Notes: a model not told the origin generated them from the sequence alone. 64,000 nucleotides of DNA from Patescibacteria group bacterium (GCA_028748975.1 JAQTPI010000001.1:354-64353); one strand, 5' to 3'; counted from the stretch's first letter, positions 9,584 to 19,570 are shown. Translations and numbers: made by a program.

Positions 9584-10168
9584 ATGAAACTAAAAACACT
9601 TGTTGAATCTTTGCTTTTTATCTCTAATAAACCCATGACGCCAAAGAAGTTGGGAGAACTTTGTGATTGTGGTAAAACTGAAGTAGAGACGGTTTTGGAG
9701 GTGATAAAAAATCAATATAACAAGGAAACACCAGAAAGCGGTGTAAAATTTGTAGAGCATAATGGCACGGTTCAATTAGTTACCGCGGCGGAGTCATCTG
9801 CCGTGGTGGAAAAATTCCTCAAAGAAGAACTCACCGGTGAAATGACCCGGCCGCAGCTGGAAGCCCTAACTATTATTGCTTACCGCGGGCCCATCACCAA
9901 AATGGAATTGGAGCAAATCAGAGGCGTCAATTGTTCTCTAATCTTGCGCAATTTAATGATCCGCGGACTGGTGGAAAGCCAGTTGGACAAAAAAATCGGC
10001 GCGCCGCTTTTTCAAGTCACCACTGATTTTGTGCGCTTTCTCGGCCTGACCAGTATCAAAGATCTGCCCGATTATGAAAAGCTTTCCAATAGCGAAGTAA
10101 TCCAAAGCATTCTGGAGCGCAACATGACTGCCATGGAGCCGCTTGACAAAGAAAATAAAATAGAATAA
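9584..10168 (+). CDS. scpB: segregation and condensation protein B
   Basis: 'LESLLFIS..P..L' N-terminus followed by tandem winged-helix repeats, with 'RGPITKMELEQIRGVN'. Confidence 0.75.
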   Translation: MKLKTLVESLLFISNKPMTPKKLGELCDCGKTEVETVLEVIKNQYNKETPESGVKFVEHNGTVQLVTAAESSAVVEKFLKEELTGEMTRPQLEALTIIAYRGPITKMELEQIRGVNCSLILRNLMIRGLVESQLDKKIGAPLFQVTTDFVRFLGLTSIKDLPDYEKLSNSEVIQSILERNMTAMEPLDKENKIE

Positions 10169-10201
10169 GATAGGTTTATAGAACAATTCACAATCAAATA
10201 A

Positions 10202-10432
10202 ATGGAGGCCCAAGTGATAAAAATTAAATCCTGGATGCCAGACACGGTTTATTGGCTCGGTATTCTTTTAATGATTTTGACGGTCGTTCTTTTACCCGCT
10301 GTTGAAGTCAAATTTTTCATAGCGTTTGCCTTCGCTCTTATTGGCACTTTGGCCAGTAAATCGTTGGAAGGAAATTTAAAAGAACAAAAAAACAAGGAGG
10401 CGCACGATGTCAGCCAGCCTGACCATCATTGA
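10202..10432 (+). CDS. small membrane protein, hypothetical
   Basis: One TM segment. An RBS 'ggagg' precedes an alternative GTG at 10214. Confidence 0.4.
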   Translation: MEAQVIKIKSWMPDTVYWLGILLMILTVVLLPAVEVKFFIAFAFALIGTLASKSLEGNLKEQKNKEAHDVSQPDHH

Positions 10433-10664
10433 AGTAAAATTATCTTCCGACCCGATTAATGAAAACGAAGATAAAATATTTATTAAAAATGATGACTTTA
10501 TTGAAAAAATATTTTCAGCCAACAAAGATGGTCTCGGGGTCTCTGGCGTTATTTTTTGGAAAGTGGAACCAGAGAAGAATGTGACAATTTTAGTTCCTTA
10601 TGATGATAAGTTTAAGCAGATGTTTCGTCATCCAACCATTAAGATAATTCTGGAAAAACCCTGA
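10407..10664 (+). CDS. hypothetical small protein (paralogue of 10962..11291)
   Basis: RBS 'aaggagg'. 'MSASLTIIEV...VIFWKVEPEKNVTILVPYDDKF' is similar to 'MSATRVVIEG...IVFWKTIETHNGVVHFIACDSNF' in the 10962 ORF. Confidence 0.5.
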   Translation: MSASLTIIEVKLSSDPINENEDKIFIKNDDFIEKIFSANKDGLGVSGVIFWKVEPEKNVTILVPYDDKFKQMFRHPTIKIILEKP

Positions 10665-10689
10665 ATCAAATCAAAAAAGGAAATTAAAC

Positions 10690-10938
10690 ATGGCGACAGA
10701 AATAGTGAAAATAGGTCAAGCCAGAGTTAATGAACTGGTGGCCGAAGTTCTCCAAAAGATTATCAAGAAAGGATTTTGGACAAAAGAAGAATATCGGCAT
10801 TGTTTGGAAGATAAAGATGCGCGATTCTTGGGTTTATTAGATATGATATCGCTTGATCTTCCTTCTTCTTATGTTGGTGTTATCAATGCTTCGGATGAAG
10901 AAATATCAGAAGCCATCAGAGCTTTTTGCGCCAAATAG
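10690..10938 (+). CDS. hypothetical small protein
   Basis: RBS 'aaagga' 6 nt upstream of the ATG. Confidence 0.45.
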   Translation: MATEIVKIGQARVNELVAEVLQKIIKKGFWTKEEYRHCLEDKDARFLGLLDMISLDLPSSYVGVINASDEEISEAIRAFCAK

Positions 10939-10961
10939 AGCGAAAATAAAAAGGAGGAAAA

Positions 10962-11291
10962 ATGTCAGCCACGCGGGTCGTCATTGAAGGTAGAATAGAA
11001 TCTGAAATAGTGGACGAATTAGAAAAAAAAGAAAATTTTTTTGATAGTAGAATAATCGATGCAATGTTTCCGTTTATCAAAAAAATGTTCCCCATTACTA
11101 AGGAGGAAGCAGAGAAGATCCTTCCTCAAATTGTTTTCTGGAAAACAATAGAAACACATAATGGTGTAGTACACTTTATCGCTTGTGACAGCAATTTTGA
11201 TCAACTACCAATTCTTCCGCCCATAAGGGTGTTTGTGGCAGAGTCGGAACTTATTAAGTTAGAAAAAGCAATTAAAGGGGGTCGGACATGA
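10962..11291 (+). CDS. hypothetical small protein (paralogue of 10407..10664)
   Basis: RBS 'aaaggagga'. Confidence 0.5.
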   Translation: MSATRVVIEGRIESEIVDELEKKENFFDSRIIDAMFPFIKKMFPITKEEAEKILPQIVFWKTIETHNGVVHFIACDSNFDQLPILPPIRVFVAESELIKLEKAIKGGRT

Positions 11292-11536
11292 CGATTAGAT
11301 ATCTTTTTAAAAAGATTATATTCGAAATAAATATCTCTTGTTATTACAGAAATAAAAACAAGTGGCTGGAACAGGGGAAAGAAGGGCAATTTGTGGCCAT
11401 CAAGGGCGGCCGGCGCCGTGGTTTTTTTGCCACCGCGGAAGAAGCGCATGAAAAAAATAAACCGCCATTTTTTTGCAAACAAATATTAAGACGAGAACCG
11501 GTGTATCACATTCGGAGTCCGCGATTAGCAAGATAA
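11288..11536 (+). CDS. hypothetical small basic protein
   Basis: RBS 'aaggggg'. Overlaps the upstream stop by 4 nt. Followed by a terminator. Confidence 0.45.
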   Translation: MTIRYLFKKIIFEINISCYYRNKNKWLEQGKEGQFVAIKGGRRRGFFATAEEAHEKNKPPFFCKQILRREPVYHIRSPRLAR

Positions 11537-11564
11537 AATTATAAAAATAAAACAAATCCGACCC

Positions 11565-11600
11565 TTTCTTTTGAAAGGGTCTTTTTTCTTGCCAAAATCA
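11565..11600 (+). terminator. rho-independent terminator
   Basis: 'gaccctttcttttgaaagggtc' hairpin followed by 'ttttttctt'. Confidence 0.7.
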
Positions 11601-11629
11601 CTGGGATTTAGTAGAATAAAAGTAATCAA

Positions 11630-11800
11630 AGAGTGTCATCCTGATCCGCCAGCTGGCGGAGAAGGATCTCGTCGTTTGTCATCCCGTGCCGAGACACGGG
11701 ATCCAGAAAACAAATACATGGATTCCGGGTCAAGCCCGGAATGATAAGCGGCTACGAGATTCCTCGTCCCGAGTGCTCGGGACTCGGAATGACAAACATT
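11630..11800. repeat. cluster of four palindromic repeat modules upstream of ileS
   Basis: 'gtcatcctgatccgccagctggcggagaaggatctcg', 'gtcatcccgtgccgagacacgggatc', 'ggattccgggtcaagcccggaatga' and 'cgtcccgagtgctcgggactcggaatgaca'. Confidence 0.75.
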
Positions 11801-11805
11801 TCTGT

Positions 11806-14742
11806 ATGTTTAATTTACCCACTAAAGAACAGGAAATTCTCAAGCTCTGGCAAGAGAATAATATTTTTGAAAAATCCCTGGCTAAAGACGCACCCAAGGG
11901 CGATTTTGTTTTTTATGACGGTCCGCCGTTTGCCACCGGCACCCCGCACTATGGTCACATCGTCGCCAGTTTAATGAAAGACATTGTGCCAAGATATTGG
12001 ACCATGAAGGGCTTTCGCGTGGAGCGCCGCTGGGGTTGGGATTGCCACGGTTTGCCGATTGAAAATATTGTGGAGGAAGAAATGGGCATCAAAAGCAAAA
12101 AAGATATTGAAAAAATTGGTATTGAAAAATTTAATGAAGCTTGCCACTCCAAAGTTTTAATGTACGCCGAAGAATGGCGTAAAGTTGTGGCCAGAATGGG
12201 CCGCTGGGTTGACATGGACAACGATTATAAAACCATGGATAAAGATTATATGGAATCGATTTGGTGGGTTTTTAAGGAGCTTTGGAATAAAGATTTAATC
12301 TACGAGGGCTACAAATCCATGCACATTTGCCCGCGCTGTGAAACCACTCTTTCACAGTCAGAGGTGGCCGAAGGTTATCGCGACACCAAAGACATTTCTG
12401 TCACTGTAAAATTTGAACTGGTTGATGAACCGGGAACTTTTGTTTTGGCCTGGACCACCACGCCGTGGACTTTAATGGGCAACGTGGCACTCGCGGTTGG
12501 TAAGGATGTTGAGTATTTTAGATTTAAAGGAAAAAATAAAAAAACAGGCGAAGAAATTATTTATATAGTTGCTAAAGATTTAGCCGCAAAAATTTTTGAT
12601 GTTAAAGACGGAAGAATTGCAAATAGATTTATTTATGATGATTTTGAATTTGAATGGAATGGCGCCTACTCGGGAAACACTTTAGCTCATAAATTTAAGA
12701 AGTACAAACCACTTTTTGATTATTATCAAGATAAAAATTTAGAAAACAAAGAAAATCTTTATACCATTCAAACGGCTGATTTTGTGACGACCGAGGATGG
12801 CACCGGCGTAGTGCATATTGCTCCGGCTTTTGGCGAAGACGATCTAAATTTGGGCCGTGCGAAAAAATTGCCGTTTATTCAGCACGTTGGCATGGATGGA
12901 AGGATTAAAGATGAAGTCAAAGATTTTGCCGGCTTGGAAGTCAAACCCAAGGACGACCCGACTGCCACCGACAAAAAAATTATAGAATTTTTGCAAAAGA
13001 AAAATTTGGTTTTTGCCACGGAAGAATACACCCACAGTTATCCGTTTTGTTGGCGCTGTGACAGTCCGCTTTTAAATTACGCCACCAGTTCGCTTTTTGT
13101 CAAAGTGGAAGAAATAAAGAAGCAGGCGCTAAAAACAGCTGAAAGAATAAATTGGGTGCCGGCGCACCTGAAAGAGGGTCGTTTTGGACAATGGCTGGAA
13201 GGCGCCAGAGATTGGTCAATTTCTCGTCAGAGATTTTGGGGTTCGGTCGTTCCGCTTTGGGTTTGCGATAAGTGCGGCGAGAAAAAAGTAATGGGTGGTG
13301 TGGAAGAACTGGAAAAAATAAGTGGCAAAAAAGTTGAAGATTTACACAAACATTATATTGATAAAATTACTTTCAAGTGTGAAAAGCATGACGGCATAAT
13401 GAAAAGAGTTCCCGATGTTTTAGATTGCTGGTTTGAATCCGGCTCCATGCCCTATGCCCAGATGCATTATCCTTTCGAAAATAAGGAAAAATTTGAAGCC
13501 AATTTTCCGGCGGAATTTATTGCCGAAGGCGTGGACCAGACTCGCGCCTGGTTCTATTATATGCATATTTTGGCCAATGGCTTGAAAAAAACCAATGCTT
13601 TCAAAAATGTCATTGCCAACGGTATTGTTTTGGCCGAAGATGGCAAAAAGATGTCCAAGAAATTGCGCAATTACCCCGACCCGATGGATTTAATGGAAAA
13701 ATCCGGTGCTGACACTATGCGTTATTATCTCTGCGCTTCGCAGGTGATGAAGGCCGACAATCTTTGTTTTTCCGAAAAAGACATGAAAGAGCAAACTCGA
13801 TTTTTCAACACGCTTTTTAATGTTTTGTCTTTTTATCAAATGTATGAAAATCAGTTTTCCGGAACAGAACTTTTTCAAGCCGACGCCAAACCGAAAAACA
13901 TTTTGGATAAATGGATTTTGGCGCGCCTTCACGAAACAATAAAAAAGATGACAGAAAAATTGGATGCTTATGACTTGCATGCTGTGCGCGAACTCCCGCT
14001 TTTTATTGACGAACTTTCCACCTGGTATGTCCGCCGATCGCGCGACCGGTTTAAGGGGGATGATGAAAAAGATAAAAACCAGGCCATTTTCACCCTGGGC
14101 AAGGTTTTGTTTGAATTATCAAAATTACTGGCTCCTTTCACTCCTTTTACTGCCGAGCATCTCTATCAAGAACTTGGTAAAAATTGTGGCAGTTTGAAAG
14201 AGTCGGTGCATTTGGAGGATTGGACTGAATATAATAAAAAACTAATTGACCAAAAAGTTTTGGACTACATGAGTGTCACGCACCAAGTGGTGGAGTTGGG
14301 TTTGGCCAAACGCGCGGAAGTTGGGATAAAAGTGAGACAGCCGTTACAAAAATTAACAATTAACAATCAACAATTAACAATAGAATATACAGATTTAATA
14401 AAAGACGAATTGAATGTCAAAGGGGTTGTTTGTGAAAAGGGAAGTGGGGAACTTGCCGTGGAATTAGATACCGAACTCACTGACGAACTTAAAGAAGAGG
14501 GAATTTTACGTGAATTGACCCGCACCATTAATGGCTTAAGAAAAGATGCCAAATTAACCATTGACGATTTTATTAAATTGGAATACAATACTACTGATGA
14601 ACAAATCAGCCGGGTTTTTGAAAAATACAGTGACGATCTCAAAAAATCAATTTTAGCCAAAGAAATCTCCAAAATAGAGGAGGATTTGGAGAAAGTAAAA
14701 ATCAATGAAGCTGAAATTGGTCTGAAAATCACTAAAATTTAA
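11806..14742 (+). CDS. ileS: isoleucyl-tRNA synthetase
   Basis: HIGH motif 'PHYGHIV' and 'KMSKKLRN'. The canonical start MFNLPTKEQEILKLW lies downstream of the repeat cluster. The ORF-track extension through the repeats is rejected. Confidence 0.9.
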   Translation: MFNLPTKEQEILKLWQENNIFEKSLAKDAPKGDFVFYDGPPFATGTPHYGHIVASLMKDIVPRYWTMKGFRVERRWGWDCHGLPIENIVEEEMGIKSKKDIEKIGIEKFNEACHSKVLMYAEEWRKVVARMGRWVDMDNDYKTMDKDYMESIWWVFKELWNKDLIYEGYKSMHICPRCETTLSQSEVAEGYRDTKDISVTVKFELVDEPGTFVLAWTTTPWTLMGNVALAVGKDVEYFRFKGKNKKTGEEIIYIVAKDLAAKIFDVKDGRIANRFIYDDFEFEWNGAYSGNTLAHKFKKYKPLFDYYQDKNLENKENLYTIQTADFVTTEDGTGVVHIAPAFGEDDLNLGRAKKLPFIQHVGMDGRIKDEVKDFAGLEVKPKDDPTATDKKIIEFLQKKNLVFATEEYTHSYPFCWRCDSPLLNYATSSLFVKVEEIKKQALKTAERINWVPAHLKEGRFGQWLEGARDWSISRQRFWGSVVPLWVCDKCGEKKVMGGVEELEKISGKKVEDLHKHYIDKITFKCEKHDGIMKRVPDVLDCWFESGSMPYAQMHYPFENKEKFEANFPAEFIAEGVDQTRAWFYYMHILANGLKKTNAFKNVIANGIVLAEDGKKMSKKLRNYPDPMDLMEKSGADTMRYYLCASQVMKADNLCFSEKDMKEQTRFFNTLFNVLSFYQMYENQFSGTELFQADAKPKNILDKWILARLHETIKKMTEKLDAYDLHAVRELPLFIDELSTWYVRRSRDRFKGDDEKDKNQAIFTLGKVLFELSKLLAPFTPFTAEHLYQELGKNCGSLKESVHLEDWTEYNKKLIDQKVLDYMSVTHQVVELGLAKRAEVGIKVRQPLQKLTINNQQLTIEYTDLIKDELNVKGVVCEKGSGELAVELDTELTDELKEEGILRELTRTINGLRKDAKLTIDDFIKLEYNTTDEQISRVFEKYSDDLKKSILAKEISKIEEDLEKVKINEAEIGLKITKI
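14351..14383 (+). repeat. in-frame 'aattaacaat' tandem repeat inside ileS (encodes INNQQLTI)
   Basis: 'attaacaattaacaatcaacaattaacaat'. The same nucleotide repeat is inserted in-frame in tatD (28703), the helicase (38088) and pheS (41467). Confidence 0.7.
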
Positions 14743-14763
14743 CAAGTCAAACGAGGAGGAAAA

Positions 14764-15342
14764 ATGAACGTGGAAGCTGGAAAGAAGAAAAAAATCTTTT
14801 TGATTTGTCCGGTGCGCGAGGTTACCGATACGGAAAAAGAAGCCATTGCGCAATATGTTGCCGCTTTGAAAAAAGACGGTCACTCGGTTTATTGGCCGCT
14901 GACCGATACCAATCAAGATGACTCCGTCGGCCTGCGTATTTGCCAGGATAATCGTGCCGCCATCATCGCCGCTGACGAAATTCATATTTGGTGGAATGGC
15001 AAATCTCAAGGATCTATTTTTGATTTTGGCATGGCCTTTGGTTTAAATAAAAAAATAGTTCTTGTTAATTATGATGAAGTTCCAGCCACTCCGTATAAAA
15101 GTTTCAATAATGTCTTAAGAGAAATTGGTACCACCAAAGAAACTTTAACGCCCTTAGAAAAATTTAAGCTGGCGGCATTGTCGACCGAGGAAGTTACGGA
15201 CGATCAAGTTGAAGGGCTTTTTTTGGAATTTGAAGCTGGCTCCGAAGAAGAGTTATTGGAAGTAATCGAAATCGTGGAAATATATCGGCCAGTGCTTTGG
15301 CAAAAACTACAAAAAGAACATCGTGAGAGAATGGGTAAGTAA
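14764..15342 (+). CDS. nucleoside 2-deoxyribosyltransferase-like protein
   Basis: 'IFLICPVR...EIHIWWNGKSQGSIFDFGMAF' resembles the nucleoside deoxyribosyltransferase fold. RBS 'aggagga'. Confidence 0.45.
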   Translation: MNVEAGKKKKIFLICPVREVTDTEKEAIAQYVAALKKDGHSVYWPLTDTNQDDSVGLRICQDNRAAIIAADEIHIWWNGKSQGSIFDFGMAFGLNKKIVLVNYDEVPATPYKSFNNVLREIGTTKETLTPLEKFKLAALSTEEVTDDQVEGLFLEFEAGSEEELLEVIEIVEIYRPVLWQKLQKEHRERMGK

Positions 15343-15365
15343 TCATCCCATCTTTTTATCGGTAA

Positions 15366-15400
15366 CCCGCCTTCAATCATCGGCGGGTTTTTTCTTTTTT
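15366..15400 (+). terminator. rho-independent terminator
   Basis: 'cccgccttcaatcatcggcggg' hairpin followed by 'ttttttctttttt'. Confidence 0.7.
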
Positions 15401-15456
15401 GTTTTTGGTGATAAGATTATTTTGTCGTTCCAACTTTCCAATAAACGTGCCGTTAT

Positions 15457-15571
15457 CCCCTCCTTTCGAAGGAGGGGTCGGCCGATACCAATCGGCCGGG
15501 GGTGGTTGTGGTGTTTTTACAACCCCTCCGGTCCCGAGGACTCGGGACCACCTCCCCTTCGAAAGGGGAGG
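15457..15571. mobile_element. ~115-bp MITE-like element with terminal inverted repeats 'cccctcctttcgaaggagggg'/'cctccccttcgaaaggggagg'
   Basis: A second copy at 52433..52548 has the same ends and a related core. In both copies the 3' terminal repeat 'ggggagg' serves as the SD for the next gene (recO, secE). Confidence 0.6.
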
Positions 15572-15579
15572 ATAAAAAT

Positions 15580-16236
15580 ATGTATTTCTCATTAAATTCC
15601 ATCATTCTCTCCCGCACCGCTTTCCGTGAAGATGATCTCCTGGTAAAAATCTATTCCCAAGAGCGCGGCAAGCTGACGCTCGTGGCGCGGGGCGCGAAAA
15701 AAATAAAAAGCAAATTGGCCGGACATCTGGAACCAATTTCTTTGTCATTTCTGGAAAGCGCGCGCGGAAAAAGTTTGGACCAGCTCATCGGCGCGCAAAT
15801 CATCAAAAGCTATGCCGGTATAAAAAACGATATTTTAAAAACCGCTTACGCCAATTATTTTTTGGAGCTTTTGGATGAACTCACTTTTGAAAACCACGCC
15901 GACCGCCGCGTTTTTGAATTAACCAGAAAATACCTTGACTTCCTAGATACCGCAGTCTACAATGATTTAGTCATCGGCAGAATTACGGCTGTTTTCAAAT
16001 TACTCTCATTTCTGGGTTTTAACCCGGCCCACAAAGCCGAACTTGGCTTTAAAAATGAAATAAATTATGTTGTCAGTAAGGGCCTAAGCGAAATCAAAAG
16101 AAATATAAAAATAATTTCAGTTCTTTCAAAATTAGATAAAATTCTCAAAGCCGAACTGGAGGAACACCTGCGCCAAAACCTAAAATCAGAGGAGTTTTTG
16201 AAAAATATTACTAATACAGGGGTGAAAGATGGATAA
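15580..16236 (+). CDS. recO: DNA repair protein RecO
   Basis: 'MYFSLNSIILSRTAFREDDLLVKIYSQERGKLTLVARGAKK' is the RecO N-terminal OB-fold signature. Confidence 0.7.
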   Translation: MYFSLNSIILSRTAFREDDLLVKIYSQERGKLTLVARGAKKIKSKLAGHLEPISLSFLESARGKSLDQLIGAQIIKSYAGIKNDILKTAYANYFLELLDELTFENHADRRVFELTRKYLDFLDTAVYNDLVIGRITAVFKLLSFLGFNPAHKAELGFKNEINYVVSKGLSEIKRNIKIISVLSKLDKILKAELEEHLRQNLKSEEFLKNITNTGVKDG

Positions 16237-16351
16237 AATATTTTTACTGCACCATTTAAAAACTTGCGGGCAACGTCTAAAACCCTAGTCCCGCCGGCTA
16301 ACACCAGCCACGGGATTTTTTATTTTTTTCTATAAAATCTATAAAACACAT

Positions 16352-16387
16352 TCTGTAAATACCTCACGATCGTGAGGTATTTACAGA
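16352..16387. promoter_or_regulatory. 36-bp perfect palindrome centred on CGATCG
   Basis: 'tctgtaaatacctcacgaTCGtgaggtatttacaga'. Related CGATCG-centred palindromes occur at 39589 and 63457. Confidence 0.5.
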
Positions 16388-16555
16388 AATTACCAAGTGT
16401 CAATAAACTTGATTTTTAAGAGAAAAACAGCTAAGATAAAAATACTACGAATTATGAATTTTTTACAAATAGACAGATGTACAAATCGGACGGATTTGAA
16501 TTATTTGTATATTTGTACTTGATTTGTAATTCGTATTAAATTCAGTATTAAATTT

Positions 16556-17788
16556 ATGTTTGAGATACTCCACCAATCCAAAAAATCTTCCGCTCGGCGC
16601 GGAATTTTAAAAACCGCGCACGGCGCAATCCCGACGCCATTTTTTTTGCCCATTGCCACCAAGGGCTCGGTCAAAGCCCTTGCTTCTTCTGATCTAAAAA
16701 ATTTGGGCGCCGAAATTATTCTTTCCAACACTTATCACTTATATCTTCAGCCAGGGCTAAAAGTTCTAAAAAAATTTGGCGGTTTGCACAAGTTTATGAA
16801 CTGGCAGGGGCCAATTCTAACCGATTCCGGTGGCTATCAGGTGTTTTCTCTTGGCGCTGGCAAAAGAGAAAAGAAAGACGTCAGTTTTGTAAAAATTATC
16901 AAAGATGGTGTCAAATTCAAATCATTTCTTGACGGCAGTGAACATTTTTTTACACCCGAGAGTGTCCAAGAAATTCAAGACATAATCGGTGCCGATATTA
17001 AAATGGTTTTGGACGTTTGTTCTCCGCACCCTTGTTCTAAAAAGCAAGCGGCCAAAGATCTAGAATTAACCCACGAATGGGCCAAGCGGGCGCTGGAGTA
17101 CCAAAGAGATAAGAGATATGAGATAAGAGATAAGAATAACAAAAATCGATCCGCCAAATTGGCGGGCGAAATTCAAAATTCCCTTTTGTTTGGCATTGTC
17201 CAGGGTTCAACCTATAAAGATCTGCGCCTCAAGTCCGCCAAGTTTTTGAGCAAATTAAATTTCGATGGTCTAGCCATCGGCGGTTTGGCCGTGGGCGAAG
17301 AAAACAAAAAAATGTATGAAGTTTTAAAATATACCGTGCCCGAATTGCCAAAAAATAAACCGCGCTATTTAATGGGCGTGGGCAAACCGGAAAATATAAT
17401 TGAGGCAGTCAAACAGGGGATTGATATGTTTGATTGCGTTATCCCGACGCGCGAAGCGCGCCACGGCCGGCTCTATTTGTGGTGCCATCCTGAGCGAAGC
17501 CCGCTTCGGTCGCGAAGCGAGGCGAGCGAAGGACCTCATAGAAACATTACTAAGAAAAACTTCTATAAAATTATCAATATTAATAATGCCAAATTCAAAA
17601 ACAATACCAAGCCAATTGATAAAAATTGCTCTTGCGAATTCTGCCAAAACTACAGCGCCGGCTATTTACAGCATCTTTTTAAAGCTGGTGAGCCTTTGGC
17701 CTTGCGTTTGGCCACTTTGCATAATTTAAAATTCTTCCTTGACCTATTTTTTCAAATACGTTACGATATAAAAAAGGGCACTTTGTAA
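16556..17788 (+). CDS. tgt: queuine tRNA-ribosyltransferase
   Basis: 'LTDSGGYQVFSL' and the zinc site 'CSCEFCQNYSAGYLQHL'. Carries two in-frame repeat insertions (17103-17140 and 17483-17536). Confidence 0.85.
   Translation: MFEILHQSKKSSARRGILKTAHGAIPTPFFLPIATKGSVKALASSDLKNLGAEIILSNTYHLYLQPGLKVLKKFGGLHKFMNWQGPILTDSGGYQVFSLGAGKREKKDVSFVKIIKDGVKFKSFLDGSEHFFTPESVQEIQDIIGADIKMVLDVCSPHPCSKKQAAKDLELTHEWAKRALEYQRDKRYEIRDKNNKNRSAKLAGEIQNSLLFGIVQGSTYKDLRLKSAKFLSKLNFDGLAIGGLAVGEENKKMYEVLKYTVPELPKNKPRYLMGVGKPENIIEAVKQGIDMFDCVIPTREARHGRLYLWCHPERSPLRSRSEASEGPHRNITKKNFYKIININNAKFKNNTKPIDKNCSCEFCQNYSAGYLQHLFKAGEPLALRLATLHNLKFFLDLFFQIRYDIKKGTL
17483..17536 (+). repeat. palindromic repeat module inserted in-frame in tgt
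   Basis: 'catcctgagcgaagcccgcttcggtcgcgaagcgaggcgagcgaagg' encodes 'HPERSPLRSRSEASEGP'. It belongs to the same family as the intergenic 'gtcattccgagcgaagc...' modules. Confidence 0.65.
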
Positions 17789-17816
17789 ATTAGGAACCAA
17801 AAAGGAGGAACCAAGC

Positions 17817-18332
17817 ATGTCTCAGGCAACCTGGGATGATTATTTCATTATGCTGGCATTTGCGGTCGCTTCTAAATCAAAAGATACCAGCACAAAAGTG
17901 GGTGTGGTAATTGTCGGCCCCAATCATGGCATGCGCTCAACTGGTTATAATGATTTTCCAAGAAGAGTCAAAGATGATATTCCTGAGCGCCGCGTGCGTC
18001 CGGAAAAGTATCTTTGGACTGAACACACTGAACGTAATGCAATTTACAACGCGGCTAATGCTGGAATTGCCATCAATGGTTGCACCATGTATATTAATTG
18101 GGAACCATATCCTTGTCCTGATTGTGCCAGAGCCGTCATCCAGGCTGGTATTATAGAAGTGGTTGGTCCCGACAGGCCGTTCGTTAGCGTCGCTTCTGCC
18201 AACCGACAAAACTGGGAAGAGGGTTTCAAAAGAACCAAAGAAATGTTTGCTGAAGCTGGCATTGTTTCTCGTATCGTTCCCTTTACTCAAGACCGGATTT
18301 TATTTATGAACCATTTTAGCCCGTCATCATGA
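17817..18332 (+). CDS. dCMP deaminase (ComEB-type)
   Basis: 'HTERNAI' and 'PCPDCARAV' zinc-binding motifs. RBS 'aaaggagga'. Confidence 0.8.
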   Translation: MSQATWDDYFIMLAFAVASKSKDTSTKVGVVIVGPNHGMRSTGYNDFPRRVKDDIPERRVRPEKYLWTEHTERNAIYNAANAGIAINGCTMYINWEPYPCPDCARAVIQAGIIEVVGPDRPFVSVASANRQNWEEGFKRTKEMFAEAGIVSRIVPFTQDRILFMNHFSPSS

Positions 18333-18374
18333 TGGGCTTTTTTATTTGACTCTGAAAAATGATATAATTAAACT

Positions 18375-19523
18375 ATGTTAATCTTCTGTTCGCACTGCCA
18401 AGGACAAAATGATTCCTGCCCGGTTTGCGGTGGCCGTCGTGTCGCCCTGGTTTCTTTTGGCCGGGCGGTTTTTTGGCGCCGAAATTTATCTTTGTCAGCC
18501 ATCCGCGCAAGAATTTTTTGGCGGCTGGCACGGCAAATCATGGAAGGCCTGCTTTTGGTCTATTTAATTTCAGCCATCACTATAATTTTTTATCTGCTTC
18601 TTTTTTCTCAAAACATTGATCATCGTCTTCTGGCGCGTCTGGGTTTCACCGCCTTGATAATAATTTTATATTTTTTCTATGGCGTTAATCGTCAGCGTTT
18701 GAGTCAAGAAAAAACAGCGCCATCTTTTCTGCCAACCGCGCTCTGGCCAGCGGAAGAAAATGAAATTTGGCAAAAATATTCGCGTTTTGAAAAAGTTAAT
18801 TGCGCCCCCGCTTTTGCTTCCACCGCCCTGATTTTAATTGACCAGGCCGCCGGTTTGGCGCGAGCCAGAAAACAAACCTTCGGCCCTGCCCATCTTTTTT
18901 ATCTGCTTATTTTCAAAACTGAAATTAAATATTATCTGGCTCGTTTTGAAATTGATTTAATGGTTTTGCAAAAACGCCTTAAAAAAGGCTTAGCATTAAT
19001 ACCAGTTGGTTCGGGTCTAGCCAAGGAAATGCTGGAAATATTTTTATTGGCTTATCGCGGGGCAATTGAAAGCGGTCGGAGGGTAGTCGGTCTTGATGAA
19101 ATTTTTCTTTCTTTTTTCACGCATAAAAATTTGGCCGGGAATATTTTAAGAGATTTGGGTCTGACGGAAGTTGATGGGCGTAATTTAATTTTTTGGTCAG
19201 AGGCGCAAAAAGAAGCGGCCCTAACTTCCAGAAAAACAGCACCAAAAACGAACGTCCCAGTCGCGCCCCAAGCGGATTTGAATGAAATTTTTAAGAAAAT
19301 CGCGGTCCAAACGCCTTTTTGGGAACGCCGAGAGCGGATACATTTTTCTTACCGTGCGCTTTTGGCGGCGGCCAAAATTCACCAGAATCTGTTTTCAGGA
19401 GAGACGACTTTGGATAAAATTTTTGCCGTCCTGAATTCCGCGGCGCAGCGCGTCCGGCACGAGCGCGGAGCGGGTGCGCTGGTGATGGCAGAGGATGTAA
19501 AAGGAATAAGTATTAAGGAATAG
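18375..19523 (+). CDS. membrane protein with N-terminal zinc ribbon, hypothetical
   Basis: N-terminal 'CSHCQGQNDSCPVCGG' followed by TM helices. An extended -10 'TGaTATAAT' lies about 15 bp upstream. Confidence 0.5.
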   Translation: MLIFCSHCQGQNDSCPVCGGRRVALVSFGRAVFWRRNLSLSAIRARIFWRLARQIMEGLLLVYLISAITIIFYLLLFSQNIDHRLLARLGFTALIIILYFFYGVNRQRLSQEKTAPSFLPTALWPAEENEIWQKYSRFEKVNCAPAFASTALILIDQAAGLARARKQTFGPAHLFYLLIFKTEIKYYLARFEIDLMVLQKRLKKGLALIPVGSGLAKEMLEIFLLAYRGAIESGRRVVGLDEIFLSFFTHKNLAGNILRDLGLTEVDGRNLIFWSEAQKEAALTSRKTAPKTNVPVAPQADLNEIFKKIAVQTPFWERRERIHFSYRALLAAAKIHQNLFSGETTLDKIFAVLNSAAQRVRHERGAGALVMAEDVKGISIKE

Positions 19524-19570
19524 GGAAGTAAGTAATAAAAGCAATGGAGTAATAAAAGTAATAAAAAATT

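Noticed and set aside
11686-11805. Long N-terminal extension of ileS (MPRHGIQKTNTWIPGQARNDKRLRDSSSRVLGTRNDKHFC)
   Set aside because: The extension is encoded by the palindromic repeat cluster. The canonical IleRS N-terminus MFNLPTKEQEILKLW starts at 11806.
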